Positions 30,423 to 39,763 of a stretch of DNA of 64,000 nucleotides are shown piece after piece (within the stretch, counting starts at the first letter, position 1; each line of letters starts with the position of its first letter). Both the position numbers and the translations under genes were made by a program. This stretch comes from Cyanobacteriota bacterium. Its GTDB lineage: Bacteria; Cyanobacteriota; Cyanobacteriia; Thermostichales; Thermostichaceae. Location: contig JANRIL010000020.1 in NCBI GenBank assembly GCA_033764955.1, positions 32,001-96,000 of the forward strand, in the 5' to 3' direction. The notes under the pieces were generated by a model. That model searched no databases, was not told where the DNA came from, and saw only the letters and a program-made list of their open reading frames with translations.

Positions 30423-32501
30423 ATGAACGGAAACAGTCCGAAGTGGCTTCTAAAGTCACTCAGCTCTTTGACACTGGCATCCCTAGCTGTTTTGCTGCCA
30501 GTTGCTCTAGTTGGTTGCGGCTCTGATGACAGCACTACTGCTGTAACCCCCACACCCACACCCACGCCCACACCTACCCCGGCTCCCACACCTACCCCAA
30601 CTCCGGTTCCTGTAACCGCGTTCGACGTTGTCTTCACTCCTGGAGACATCGTTGCAAGTAGTGATGTCATCACCTCCTTTATCAACGGAGATGGAGCTGA
30701 CGTTGATGAGGATGGTGTTATTGAAGTTGGTTTAGAGCCTGGTATTTACCCCGAAGCCATCCTGATCGAAGTTGATGATGTCTTGATAGCTTCTACCACC
30801 GGCTCTTCTAACGATGTTCGAATTATCGGTGCCGGTTCTGGCAGCATCACTGGAACAACTGCTCCTGTTACCATTGCTTCCAACAATCTTGGAATTGTCA
30901 TTGAAAATCTGAGCTTGGTCAACGACACCCAAGATGACTCTACTGAGTACTGCATTGATGCTACTGAGGCAAGAGAGCTAACTGTAGATGGTATCCAGTG
31001 CTTCGTTGCTCCTTCTTTTGCAACTCCTGCTCAACGCGGCGTGGGGATTGGATTTGGATCTGATGCCGCCGCGATTGAGAATGACAACCTGAATGTCATC
31101 AACAGCCAATTCTATATCGGTGGTGGTGAAGATTCTGCTGCTATCGCCATTGATGGCAACGTAAGTGGAATTGTGTTGAGTGCCGAAGGTAACGGTTTCT
31201 TCCTTGGCTACATCGATGCTGACCAAAACCTTGAAACTGGATTAGATCCTGAATTCGTTGGTTCTATCGGTTCTGGTTCTGCTCCCATCTATGTTGGTGA
31301 TACTGTCACTGGCTTGGTCATTGATGCTGTTGATGGGAACCTCTTTGCTGGTGGTGACTATGTCATCCGTGACCCTAATGGTTTGGGAACCACTGCTTTA
31401 GAGCGTGAAGACATTATTCGCTCTGGTGAATTTGAAAAGGCCGTGGGTGATGGTTTCACCGATGGAGCCGTGATCAACAGCAGCACTGGCAACATCTACT
31501 ACCTGATTCAAGATGCCATTGACGAAGTTGATGGTCTCAACCCCTCTGTTGTGGTTGGCCCTGGCGACTTCACTGTCGAAGGCAACATTGTGATGGATGT
31601 GGACGGTCTAACCTTAACTGCTCTGGACGGTCCTTCCGAAACTGAGATTGACTCTGTCAAGATCCTTGCCTCTAACACCACCCTGGGTGGAACTCCCACT
31701 TCAGGTGCTGGTAACGGCTTTACTATCTCTGGTATCTTCACTGGCGATTCCTTTGCTGGTGATTACCAAGTTGCTTTGGGTGAGTGTGATAACAACTTTG
31801 CTCCTGTTATCAATGTCACAGTTGCCTACAACGACTTCTTGACCCCATCCACCACCGATGTTTACTCCAGCTTGGTGTTCTGTGATGGTGCGGCTGGTGA
31901 AGCTTACAAGAATAACTTCTTTGCTGATCCTAGCTTTGCTGGAATTTTCATCTTCGAAGCGGCTATCCGTAGCGTCTTCATTACTGAAAACGTATTCCAG
32001 TACAACGTCACTGGCGGTGAAGGCTTCATTGTTGATGCTCAGACTGGTGAACTTGGACAAAATACTCCTTTCGATGTTGGTTCCATTTCTGGCAACCTCT
32101 TCATTGATACAGGAGCCTATGTCGCTGGTGACACCCCTGTTTACCTGAATACCTTTGTCAACCTAGCTCCTGCCTCTGGACCAGGACCTTTTGCTAGTGC
32201 TTTAGAAGGTGAAGGAACTATCTTGGTTGCTTTCCGTAACAACGTGATTGAGCCAAATGGTGCTTTCATTACTCCAGCTGAGCAATTCCCTGCCACTGGC
32301 TTCTGCGGACGTGATGAAATAATTGATATCAACGTAGCTGGCACTCAGTTGCTTAACTTTGTTGATACTGCTGGATTCTTTACTACTCCTCAGATTGTGT
32401 GGGGTAACCCTGAATCTGCTCTTTGTACTGAGTTGAGCCAAGGAACTGCTCCTGCTGTCTTCCTACAGCCTTTCCCAGAAGGTATCATGTTCCAACCTTA
32501 A
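30423..32501 (+). CDS. Large acidic lipoprotein with PT linker and probable parallel beta-helix domains
   Basis: Lipobox LVGC, (TP)n linker, beta-helix cap-like motifs LEPGIYPEAILI and IQDAID...VGPGDF. Confidence 0.75.
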   Translation: MNGNSPKWLLKSLSSLTLASLAVLLPVALVGCGSDDSTTAVTPTPTPTPTPTPAPTPTPTPVPVTAFDVVFTPGDIVASSDVITSFINGDGADVDEDGVIEVGLEPGIYPEAILIEVDDVLIASTTGSSNDVRIIGAGSGSITGTTAPVTIASNNLGIVIENLSLVNDTQDDSTEYCIDATEARELTVDGIQCFVAPSFATPAQRGVGIGFGSDAAAIENDNLNVINSQFYIGGGEDSAAIAIDGNVSGIVLSAEGNGFFLGYIDADQNLETGLDPEFVGSIGSGSAPIYVGDTVTGLVIDAVDGNLFAGGDYVIRDPNGLGTTALEREDIIRSGEFEKAVGDGFTDGAVINSSTGNIYYLIQDAIDEVDGLNPSVVVGPGDFTVEGNIVMDVDGLTLTALDGPSETEIDSVKILASNTTLGGTPTSGAGNGFTISGIFTGDSFAGDYQVALGECDNNFAPVINVTVAYNDFLTPSTTDVYSSLVFCDGAAGEAYKNNFFADPSFAGIFIFEAAIRSVFITENVFQYNVTGGEGFIVDAQTGELGQNTPFDVGSISGNLFIDTGAYVAGDTPVYLNTFVNLAPASGPGPFASALEGEGTILVAFRNNVIEPNGAFITPAEQFPATGFCGRDEIIDINVAGTQLLNFVDTAGFFTTPQIVWGNPESALCTELSQGTAPAVFLQPFPEGIMFQP

Positions 32502-32552
32502 TCGTTCTATCTAGCCTCACTCTTTGATGTGTAGCTAAATAGGTTTTCAGGT

Positions 32553-32582
32553 GAGAGGGAGATTTATTCTCCCTCTTTTTTC
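32553..32582 (+). terminator. Intrinsic terminator
   Basis: AGAGGGAGA-tttat-TCTCCCTCT followed by a T-run. Confidence 0.8.
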
Positions 32583-32664
32583 ATGCGTTATTTTAGTTCG
32601 CAAAAGATTGTTGGGTAGACCTATAAATAATTCGAGAAAAGCACTTCTAATATATGTCAAGGTA

Positions 32665-32692
32665 TTGAAAAGCAAAAAATATATGATACTCT
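32665..32692 (+). promoter_or_regulatory. Putative sigma70-type promoter
   Basis: TTGAAA-N16-TACTCT with TG extension; same architecture at 33407. Confidence 0.45.
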
Positions 32693-32814
32693 TCGCTTAA
32701 GAGGATATTTGAATTAAGTCACGATATCTCTCGAAATTCTTAATCCAAGTTAAATGCTTAGGTCTTTACTAAGCCAGCTTCCCTTATCCCAATTTTCATG
32801 GAGTAACTGGGCTC

Positions 32815-33297
32815 ATGTATTTTCAAGAAAAAATAGATAACTATAAAACAAAATCCCTGATTTCTCTAACTAGTCTTGCTGCGGCTTTGGTTATAGCAGG
32901 CTGTAGCTCAGAAACCCTAACTACTCAGATCCCATCTACAGCTTCCACCACTTCTGCTAACCTAGCTGCTCCTCCAATTCAAGCCCCTGTCATTTCTAGC
33001 GTCAGACGTAAGGGAGGCTCCTCATTAAGACCCAATCTGACCATTGAAGTTATTGGGGCTAACTTTACTGCCTGTGAGGGATCTTTTGTAACCTTTGGAG
33101 TTGTTACTCCGGTGGGAGCTGTTAATCAGATTATTGCTGTGCCCGCTGAGGAATTTACTATAGTTAATGACAGCTTAATTATTGTTGATCAGCTTCCAAG
33201 AGGGGCAACTCGTTTTTCTGTGACTGTTACTAACGAGTGTGGATCTGACTCTACTCCTTTCCTACTTTTAGGCATTGCTTCATCCATACTTTTTTGA
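32815..33297 (+). CDS. Lipoprotein with IPT/Ig-like domain
   Basis: Lipobox IAGC; APVISSV...IEVIGANF..C...VTVTNECG. Confidence 0.7.
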   Translation: MYFQEKIDNYKTKSLISLTSLAAALVIAGCSSETLTTQIPSTASTTSANLAAPPIQAPVISSVRRKGGSSLRPNLTIEVIGANFTACEGSFVTFGVVTPVGAVNQIIAVPAEEFTIVNDSLIIVDQLPRGATRFSVTVTNECGSDSTPFLLLGIASSILF

Positions 33298-33406
33298 TTG
33301 CCTCGTTAACTTTGAGACAGCTTATCCCCGCATTTTATCGGTTTTCAATTCCTTCTTAGTGTGCACATAAGTTTTTCTAAAGGCATTCTTAATCGAGACT
33401 CCTATC

Positions 33407-33434
33407 TTGAAAATTTGCCAGCTTATGGTAGTCT
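33407..33434 (+). promoter_or_regulatory. Putative sigma70-type promoter
   Basis: TTGAAA-N16-TAGTCT with TG extension. Confidence 0.45.
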
Positions 33435-33542
33435 TTACTTAGAGGAGATTCCATTAATTTGTGCTTCTTTTCGGGTCAGACTTTAACTGGAACTTCCCTC
33501 ATAAACTCATCACACAAGTGGCTTCTGTTTCTACTTTAAGGA

Positions 33543-34088
33543 GTGAACTTCATGCCCTCTCAAGGAAAATTGACTAGATCCGCAAAACTGGTCGCTTCTC
33601 TAACTGGCCTCAGTGCAGCTTTGGCTATAACTGGATGCTCTACTGGGACTCCAACTGCCAATGCTCCTTCTGTCGCTTCAGAGTCTTCTGTCAGTCTTGT
33701 TTCCCCTGATAGTCTTGCTCCTGTGCTTTCTACTGTTAGTCGGAAGGGCGGATTTTCTGTGCGGCCTGTTCCCCTCCCCACTGAATTGCCCGTGGAATTA
33801 CCTGTTGAAGTGAGATCCCCCATTGTTGTGGAGATTACTGGAAGTAACTTTGAGCAGTGTGGAGGCTCAGTTGTCTCGTTTGGTTTAGTCCGACCTGTTG
33901 TTGCTGATGAAGAAGAGTTTGAAGTTGTTAGCGACAGCATTATTTTGACTGAACTTCCTGGTGGAGGTACTCGGTTTACTATCAATGTCACTAACGGATG
34001 TGGTACAGACAGCACAACCTTCCTCTTAGTTGGTTTAGGCACCCGTGACATTCCACTTCCTACTCCTACTCCTACTGCCGGGAACTAG
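33543..34088 (+). CDS. Lipoprotein with IPT/Ig-like domain, paralogue of 32815-33297
   Basis: Lipobox ITGC; APVLSTV..RKGG, EITGSNF..C, GTRF.INVTNGCG; C-terminal PT repeat. Confidence 0.7.
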   Translation: MNFMPSQGKLTRSAKLVASLTGLSAALAITGCSTGTPTANAPSVASESSVSLVSPDSLAPVLSTVSRKGGFSVRPVPLPTELPVELPVEVRSPIVVEITGSNFEQCGGSVVSFGLVRPVVADEEEFEVVSDSIILTELPGGGTRFTINVTNGCGTDSTTFLLVGLGTRDIPLPTPTPTAGN

Positions 34089-34810
34089 GCTTCTTCAACT
34101 GGCATTTACCAGTAACCTGATAGGTCAAGTTAAAAGCTAATTATTGATATCTCTAACAAAGTCTTCCTAGCACTGATAAGCTGAGATTGTCCCTCGCTTC
34201 TGAAGCTAGATTGGCTCATGTTAGAGATTTCTTTTTAAGAGACTTAATTTCTAAATCTTCTGGATTTTGCTATTTTCCCTTATTTACGCCCTGGTTTCTT
34301 CATTAAAAAAGCTGCTGTATTTTGTGCAGCAAACACTAATTAGTTAGTAGGTAAACTCGGTCACTCCTGGGCACGTTGTAAACCCAACCTTAATTGCCAT
34401 ATTAGCTCCAGCAACGGGATCCCTAAGGATGGCTGACTGTCAATATTTCTAGAGAGATCCTGCCTACATACCTGTTTCAAGAGTTGAGATGAAGTAGAGC
34501 GGTAGCAACAACCCTCGGTTGCTGATCTAGATACAAGATTCCAGCGTTAAATCTACGGTAGAGCTGTCATAGTTTTTAGAGGAGTATCAACCTCTGGCTC
34601 AGGAGGTAAAACTGTTTGCTGAAGGGGGTTTTAGGATTGAGAGTTTGAGAGGGAGAAAACACAAGAATTAGGTGAAGTGGTCATCTATAGACTGGGCACA
34701 CCTGCCGGAAAATTCTGAATATCTAACCAAGGAATCGCCAAAACTATAGTTATTTCGATTCAGCCTCGAACAGTATTAACTCTGAATACCTCTATGCTTG
34801 GAGAAGCTTT

Positions 34811-36007
34811 ATGAATCCTGTTGATTTTCCAGCAAATTTACCAACCATTGCTTCTGGCACTACCACGAATAGCGGATTACAAAAGGTGGATGTGGCGATT
34901 GTCGGGGCTGGTATTGTCGGGCTAGCCTATGCGCTGGCGGCGGCCAAACGGGGATGGAAAGTGACGGTGTTTGAGCGCAATCCTTACGCAGTGGGAGCCT
35001 CCATCCGCAATTTTGGCATGATCTGGCCGATTGGACAGCCAATAGGGAAACTTTTGGAGCGAGCCATGCGTTCCCGCCAGATTTGGTTGGAGGTAGCTGA
35101 GGCGGCAGGAATGGATCTGGAAACTTGCGGATCTTTACATCTGGCCTATCGAACTGATGAATGGGCGGTGATCGAGGAATTTGCGGCAACTCGTCAACAG
35201 GCGGGCTATCAGATTGAGCTGTTCAACCCTGCTCAAACTCTTGAAAAAAGTCCGGCGGTGGTCAGCCAAGGGTTGTTGGGATCCCTGTGGAGCGCAACCG
35301 AGATGACCGTGGATCCCCGCCAGGTTATCCGGCAGTTGCCCCGTTATCTCTCAGAAAATTGGGCGGTGCAGTTTCATTTTGGTCAGGTGGTCAACCGAAT
35401 TGAGGGAGGGCACTTATGGGTGGGTGGGCGGGTTTGGCAGGCTGACCAGATCTTGGTCTGTAGTGGTGCAGACTTTGAGACCCTCTACCCCGAACGGTTT
35501 GCTGCCAGTGGTATCACTAAAGTGAAATTACAAATGATGCGGAGCATCCCCCAGCCCGACAACTTTCGGATTGGACCTTCCCTTTGCGGTGGGTTAACCC
35601 TCACCCACTACGAAGCCTTCAGCCATTGTGCCAGCTTGGGATCCCTGAAAGAGCGTATTCAGGAGGAGACCCCCTTTTTCCCAGAGTGGGGGATCCATGT
35701 TATGGTTTCCCAAAATGCTCAGGGAGAATTAACGATAGGTGATTCCCACGAATACGGGTTGAACCCAGAGCCATTTGATCAGGTTCTAATCAACGATAAA
35801 ATTTTAGACTATCTACAATCTTTTGCTCGATTTCCCGATCTCAAAATTGCTCAACTATGGAATGGAGTTTATCCCAAAATTATTGGCAAAACAGAGTGGA
35901 TTGAATGCCCTGAGCCAGGGGTGACGATCATCAATGCCTTAAGTGGAGCAGGTATGACCCTCTCTTTTGGCTTGGCAGAAGAAGTGATAACCACACAGGT
36001 TAGATAA
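34811..36007 (+). CDS. TIGR03364-type FAD-dependent oxidoreductase
   Basis: GAGIVG, GASIRNFG, KLQMMR, GDSHEYG, SGAGMTLSFG. Confidence 0.85.
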   Translation: MNPVDFPANLPTIASGTTTNSGLQKVDVAIVGAGIVGLAYALAAAKRGWKVTVFERNPYAVGASIRNFGMIWPIGQPIGKLLERAMRSRQIWLEVAEAAGMDLETCGSLHLAYRTDEWAVIEEFAATRQQAGYQIELFNPAQTLEKSPAVVSQGLLGSLWSATEMTVDPRQVIRQLPRYLSENWAVQFHFGQVVNRIEGGHLWVGGRVWQADQILVCSGADFETLYPERFAASGITKVKLQMMRSIPQPDNFRIGPSLCGGLTLTHYEAFSHCASLGSLKERIQEETPFFPEWGIHVMVSQNAQGELTIGDSHEYGLNPEPFDQVLINDKILDYLQSFARFPDLKIAQLWNGVYPKIIGKTEWIECPEPGVTIINALSGAGMTLSFGLAEEVITTQVR

Positions 36008-36103
36008 AACTTAAATAAATGATTGATGGTTGTTCAGCTCAAGCGGGATCGGATCTCGTCGGCTGACCCCAAATAGCCTGACACCACTCCAGGCAAATCA
36101 TGG

Positions 36104-36598
36104 TTACCATCCCCAGGTACCAGCACCGCCCTTAAACGGCCCAACAATTTTAGAGGTGATCCATCCCCCATAAAAATCCCCCGCTTGGGCTTGCACCACT
36201 TCTCCGTTGACCAGGGCGCGATCCACACGGCTGGGATAAAAAGCCAGGTGATCCCGAATCACCGCAAAGGCCGGGGTGGGATCCCGATAGCTCCAGGCGA
36301 TATTCTCGATACGGCGGGATCCCTGCTGCCAATGCCAGTAGCTAGCCACCCCCTTAAATTCGCAAAAGGATGTGCGAGGAGTGGGCTGCAAAAACTCCAT
36401 CAGGATATCGGTGGCAGGAATGTAGTAGACCGGGGGATGGCTAGTCTCCAAAACCCGCCAGGTTTGACAAGAGTTGGCAATCATTTGCTCCCCTATCCAT
36501 ACACAAATCTGATCGGTGCAGGCTTCGACTCTGGGAGGACGAGGATAATCCCAGACAGATTCTTGACCAGGTTGTGGCGAAATACGGTTGGGGAGCAT
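36104..36598 (-). CDS. DUF427 domain protein
   Basis: QESVWDYPRPP, ETSHPPVYYIP, CEFKG, FYGGWIT. Confidence 0.9.
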   Translation of the reverse strand: MLPNRISPQPGQESVWDYPRPPRVEACTDQICVWIGEQMIANSCQTWRVLETSHPPVYYIPATDILMEFLQPTPRTSFCEFKGVASYWHWQQGSRRIENIAWSYRDPTPAFAVIRDHLAFYPSRVDRALVNGEVVQAQAGDFYGGWITSKIVGPFKGGAGTWGW

Positions 36599-36687
36599 GG
36601 TGAGTCAAATGGTGTCAAAAACGATCCTTGCCATCTGCACAATTCCATCCTGTGTGGAGATGCCCTACACAAGAAGATTACAGAAGA

Positions 36688-37491
36688 TTACATAGGAGGC
36701 AGTTGGTCAGGATCGATCCCTTGAGATCGCAAGAATGCCTCCAGACGCTCTGCCCGTTGGTGTTCCTGTTCCGCCCGTTGGTGTTCCTGTTCCGCCCGTT
36801 GGTGTTCCTGTTCTGCCCGTTGGTGTTCCTGTTCCGCCCGTTGGTGTTCCTGTTCCGCCCGTTGTCGTTCTGCCTCTTCCGGCAAAGGAATCAATTCTCC
36901 TGCTGCCGTAAACCAGCGCAGTTGCTCCTCATGGATCCCTAACTGTAACCCCAATTCCTCGCTGGCTAGCCTTCCACCCTCTAGTGGAGCAATAGCCTCA
37001 TACTCACCATTCACCAGGCGAAATCCTGCAAACTCCATCGTCTCAGGATGAAACCAGTAATATTCAGGTAATCGCCACACCTCCTGATAAAGTCTTTTTT
37101 TCGCCCCTTTATCTACCCTGGCAGTGGAATCGGAGAGTAATTCAATCACCACATTGGGATATTTACCCCCCTCTTCCCAAACTGTCCAACTGCGGCGCTC
37201 CTGTTTTGTGGTCGCCAACACAACAAACACATCGGGCCCTAAAAAATCTCTCTGTTTAAGCTGCTGGGTATTGTAATAAACAGTCAAGTTGCCAGAAATA
37301 TAAAAATCTTGTCGTTCCCACCACCAATAATTGAGCAGACGAATTAATAGATCAATCTGGCTGCGGTGAAAGTCGGTTTCCAAGTTCGGCTCATCACTAT
37401 AAAGATTACAGGGGGGCCACTCGACAGGGATCCCAGGATCTAGAATGGAGGGACTCTTATCTAAGTAAACCATGACGAAGTTCTCCATCAA
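36688..37491 (-). CDS. Uma2-family endonuclease with C-terminal heptad repeats
   Basis: GPDVFVV, IELLSDST..DK..KK.LY. Confidence 0.9.
   Translation of the reverse strand: MMENFVMVYLDKSPSILDPGIPVEWPPCNLYSDEPNLETDFHRSQIDLLIRLLNYWWWERQDFYISGNLTVYYNTQQLKQRDFLGPDVFVVLATTKQERRSWTVWEEGGKYPNVVIELLSDSTARVDKGAKKRLYQEVWRLPEYYWFHPETMEFAGFRLVNGEYEAIAPLEGGRLASEELGLQLGIHEEQLRWFTAAGELIPLPEEAERQRAEQEHQRAEQEHQRAEQEHQRAEQEHQRAEQEHQRAERLEAFLRSQGIDPDQLPPM
36752..36864. repeat. 21-bp tandem repeat, 5 copies plus a partial (encodes AEQEHQR)
   Basis: GCCCGTTGGTGTTCCTGTTCC units read directly. Confidence 0.95.
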
Positions 37492-37565
37492 GATTAATTA
37501 TTCAGTATAGCTAGCAGAGGCTAGAGAAAGCTGGATTTTTCGACAGGATCCAGACATCTGAACTC

Positions 37566-38258
37566 CTAGGAACATAGCCTGAGTTTCTGAAGCAATTGTT
37601 CATGCTCAGATGACTGGATCCCTTGTTGCAAAACCCTCAGAACTTGAGGCATATCATCGTGAATCAGAGCATTCATATCTAACCACAGTCCAGGAAAAAT
37701 CCGGCTATGAAGGATCCCGTTTTCGTCTGGAACTTGTTGAATATAGTCACCTTCGATCAGCTCAAACCAGCTTAATTTTTGCTCTAAGACTTGCCAGACA
37801 ATATATTCTTGAACCCCATTGCGACGGTAAACGGTTTTCTTTTCATACAAATCATTCGATACACTACTCGCTGCCACTTCTGCCACAAGTTCTGGGGCAC
37901 CTTCAATGTACCCCTCTTGACTGAGGCGAGATTGTCCCCCAGTTGAAATAAGCAAAACAGCATCCGGTTGAAGTTCATTATCCAAATCTAACTGAACCGT
38001 GGGGTTGTCTCCCATTTTGAGTCCCTTGGTATAAGCTTCATAAGTTCCCAACCAAGTCATGATCTGACCATGAGGTCTGGCATGAGGATCCAGTCTGAGC
38101 GGTGAAGCCACGAAAACGACTCCTTCAATTAGTTCGGCTTTCTTGAGGTGAGGCATGGCGTGATACCGTCGCTCAAATTCGCTCCTCGACAGGTGATCCC
38201 CGCTTTCGAGAGGGGGGGGTGAGGGAGATCGGGAAGTAGCTCTAAGTGTCTGCGGCAT
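37566..38258 (-). CDS. Uma2-family endonuclease
   Basis: LESGDHLSR.EF, QPDAVL, GAPELVAEV, YRRNGVQEY. Confidence 0.92.
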   Translation of the reverse strand: MPQTLRATSRSPSPPPLESGDHLSRSEFERRYHAMPHLKKAELIEGVVFVASPLRLDPHARPHGQIMTWLGTYEAYTKGLKMGDNPTVQLDLDNELQPDAVLLISTGGQSRLSQEGYIEGAPELVAEVAASSVSNDLYEKKTVYRRNGVQEYIVWQVLEQKLSWFELIEGDYIQQVPDENGILHSRIFPGLWLDMNALIHDDMPQVLRVLQQGIQSSEHEQLLQKLRLCS

Positions 38259-38365
38259 CGGGATCCCTAAGTAGTGACCTATGCGCTCAGCTTAACAAAC
38301 CCCTGCTCCTCAGCCCTGAGGAGTGGAGAAAACCTGGCCACTCATTATTTGCTATCTCTTGAACC

Positions 38366-38379
38366 GTAACAAATGCTAC
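38366..38379. promoter_or_regulatory. NtcA-binding site upstream of gdhA
   Basis: GTA-ACAAATGC-TAC matches GTA-N8-TAC with adjacent A-tract. Confidence 0.6.
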
Positions 38380-38473
38380 AAAAATTACTATTCCGCCACC
38401 GCAGACGATAGGGTAGGAACAGCAAGAACAAGAACTGACTCGCTCCCCTGCTTACTCCTCTCCCCCCTTGACT

Positions 38474-39763
38474 ATGACGGCTTTATCCACCTTGCCCTCA
38501 GCTTCTCCTTCTCCCGCCTATATTTGTCCTCTCGATCAAACCTGTAGCTATCTACAGCAGGCCACGCAAGAATTGGGTCTGGATCCAGGTATCCTGGCTA
38601 TTTTAAGTGCCCCGCGCAAGGTGATCACCGTCTCCATTCCGATTCATCGAGAAAGCGGACAGATTCAGGTGTTGGCGGGGCATCGGGTGCAGCACTGCGA
38701 CGTCCTTGGCCCGTATAAAGGGGGCATCCGCTACCATCCAGCGGTCACCCTAGCGGAGGTGTCTGCCTTGGCAATGTTGATGACTTGGAAGTGTTCGCTC
38801 TTGGGCTTACCCTACGGTGGCGCAAAAGGGGGAATTGCCATGGATCCCAGCCATTACACAGTTGGGGAATTGGAGCGCATCACCCGCCGCTATGCCAGCG
38901 AATTGAGCAAAGATATTGGCCCTTCTACAGATATTCCTGCCCCTGATATGGGAACCTCGGCTCGTGAAATGGCCTGGGTGATGGATACCTATTCTGTGAA
39001 CGTGGGTCATGCCGTACCCGGAGTGGTAACAGGCAAGCCGATCTCAATTGGCGGTTCCTATGGGCGGGAACTGGCCACTGGACGGGGGGTGATGATAGCG
39101 GTGCGAGAAGCCCTGCAAGATCGCGGTCACAGCCTAGCGGGATCCCGTATTGTCATTCAAGGATTTGGCAATGTGGGGGCAGCAGCGGCACTGTTGATGC
39201 ATCAAGCCGGCGCCAAAATTCTAGCGGTTTCCAAAGGAGGGGGGGGACTTTACCATCCCGATGGACTCGATATTCCCGCCCTTAAGCAGTATGTCAAGCT
39301 TCACCACGGCCAATGGACAGGGTTCGCAGGATCCCAGCCCATCAGCAATGCGGAGTTGTTGACATTGCCCTGTGAAGTTCTAGTTCCGGCAGCCCTTGAA
39401 AATCAAATCACCGACCAGAATTGCCAGCAAATTCAGGCACAGATTGTGGCAGAAGCCGCCAATGGACCGGTCACCCTCCCGGCAGATATGAGTTTGACGG
39501 CACGGGGTATTACGGTCTTACCGGATATTTTGACCAACGCGGGTGGTGTGGTGGTCAGTTATCTAGAGTGGGTACAGGGCATTTCCTACTTGTTTTGGGA
39601 TGAAGAACGGGTGAATCACCAAATGGAAGAACTGATGGTGCGAGCCTATCGACGAGTGGTCAAAGAGTCTCAGCAACGGCGGATCCCCTTACGGTTAGCG
39701 GCTTACACCTTGGGTGTCGGCAGAGTCGCTCAGGCTCTCACTGACCGTGGCTTATACCCCTAG
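38474..39763 (+). CDS. gdhA: Glutamate dehydrogenase
   Basis: GPYKGGIRYH, GGAKGG, DIPAPD, QGFGNVG, EAANGP. Confidence 0.92.
   Translation: MTALSTLPSASPSPAYICPLDQTCSYLQQATQELGLDPGILAILSAPRKVITVSIPIHRESGQIQVLAGHRVQHCDVLGPYKGGIRYHPAVTLAEVSALAMLMTWKCSLLGLPYGGAKGGIAMDPSHYTVGELERITRRYASELSKDIGPSTDIPAPDMGTSAREMAWVMDTYSVNVGHAVPGVVTGKPISIGGSYGRELATGRGVMIAVREALQDRGHSLAGSRIVIQGFGNVGAAAALLMHQAGAKILAVSKGGGGLYHPDGLDIPALKQYVKLHHGQWTGFAGSQPISNAELLTLPCEVLVPAALENQITDQNCQQIQAQIVAEAANGPVTLPADMSLTARGITVLPDILTNAGGVVVSYLEWVQGISYLFWDEERVNHQMEELMVRAYRRVVKESQQRRIPLRLAAYTLGVGRVAQALTDRGLYP

Noticed and set aside
30546..30606. 6-bp periodic repeat
   Set aside because: Encodes the (TP)n linker of the lipoprotein
36752..36864. 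Possible CRISPR array
   Set aside because: Contiguous 21-bp units without spacers, in frame in Uma2; no cas genes
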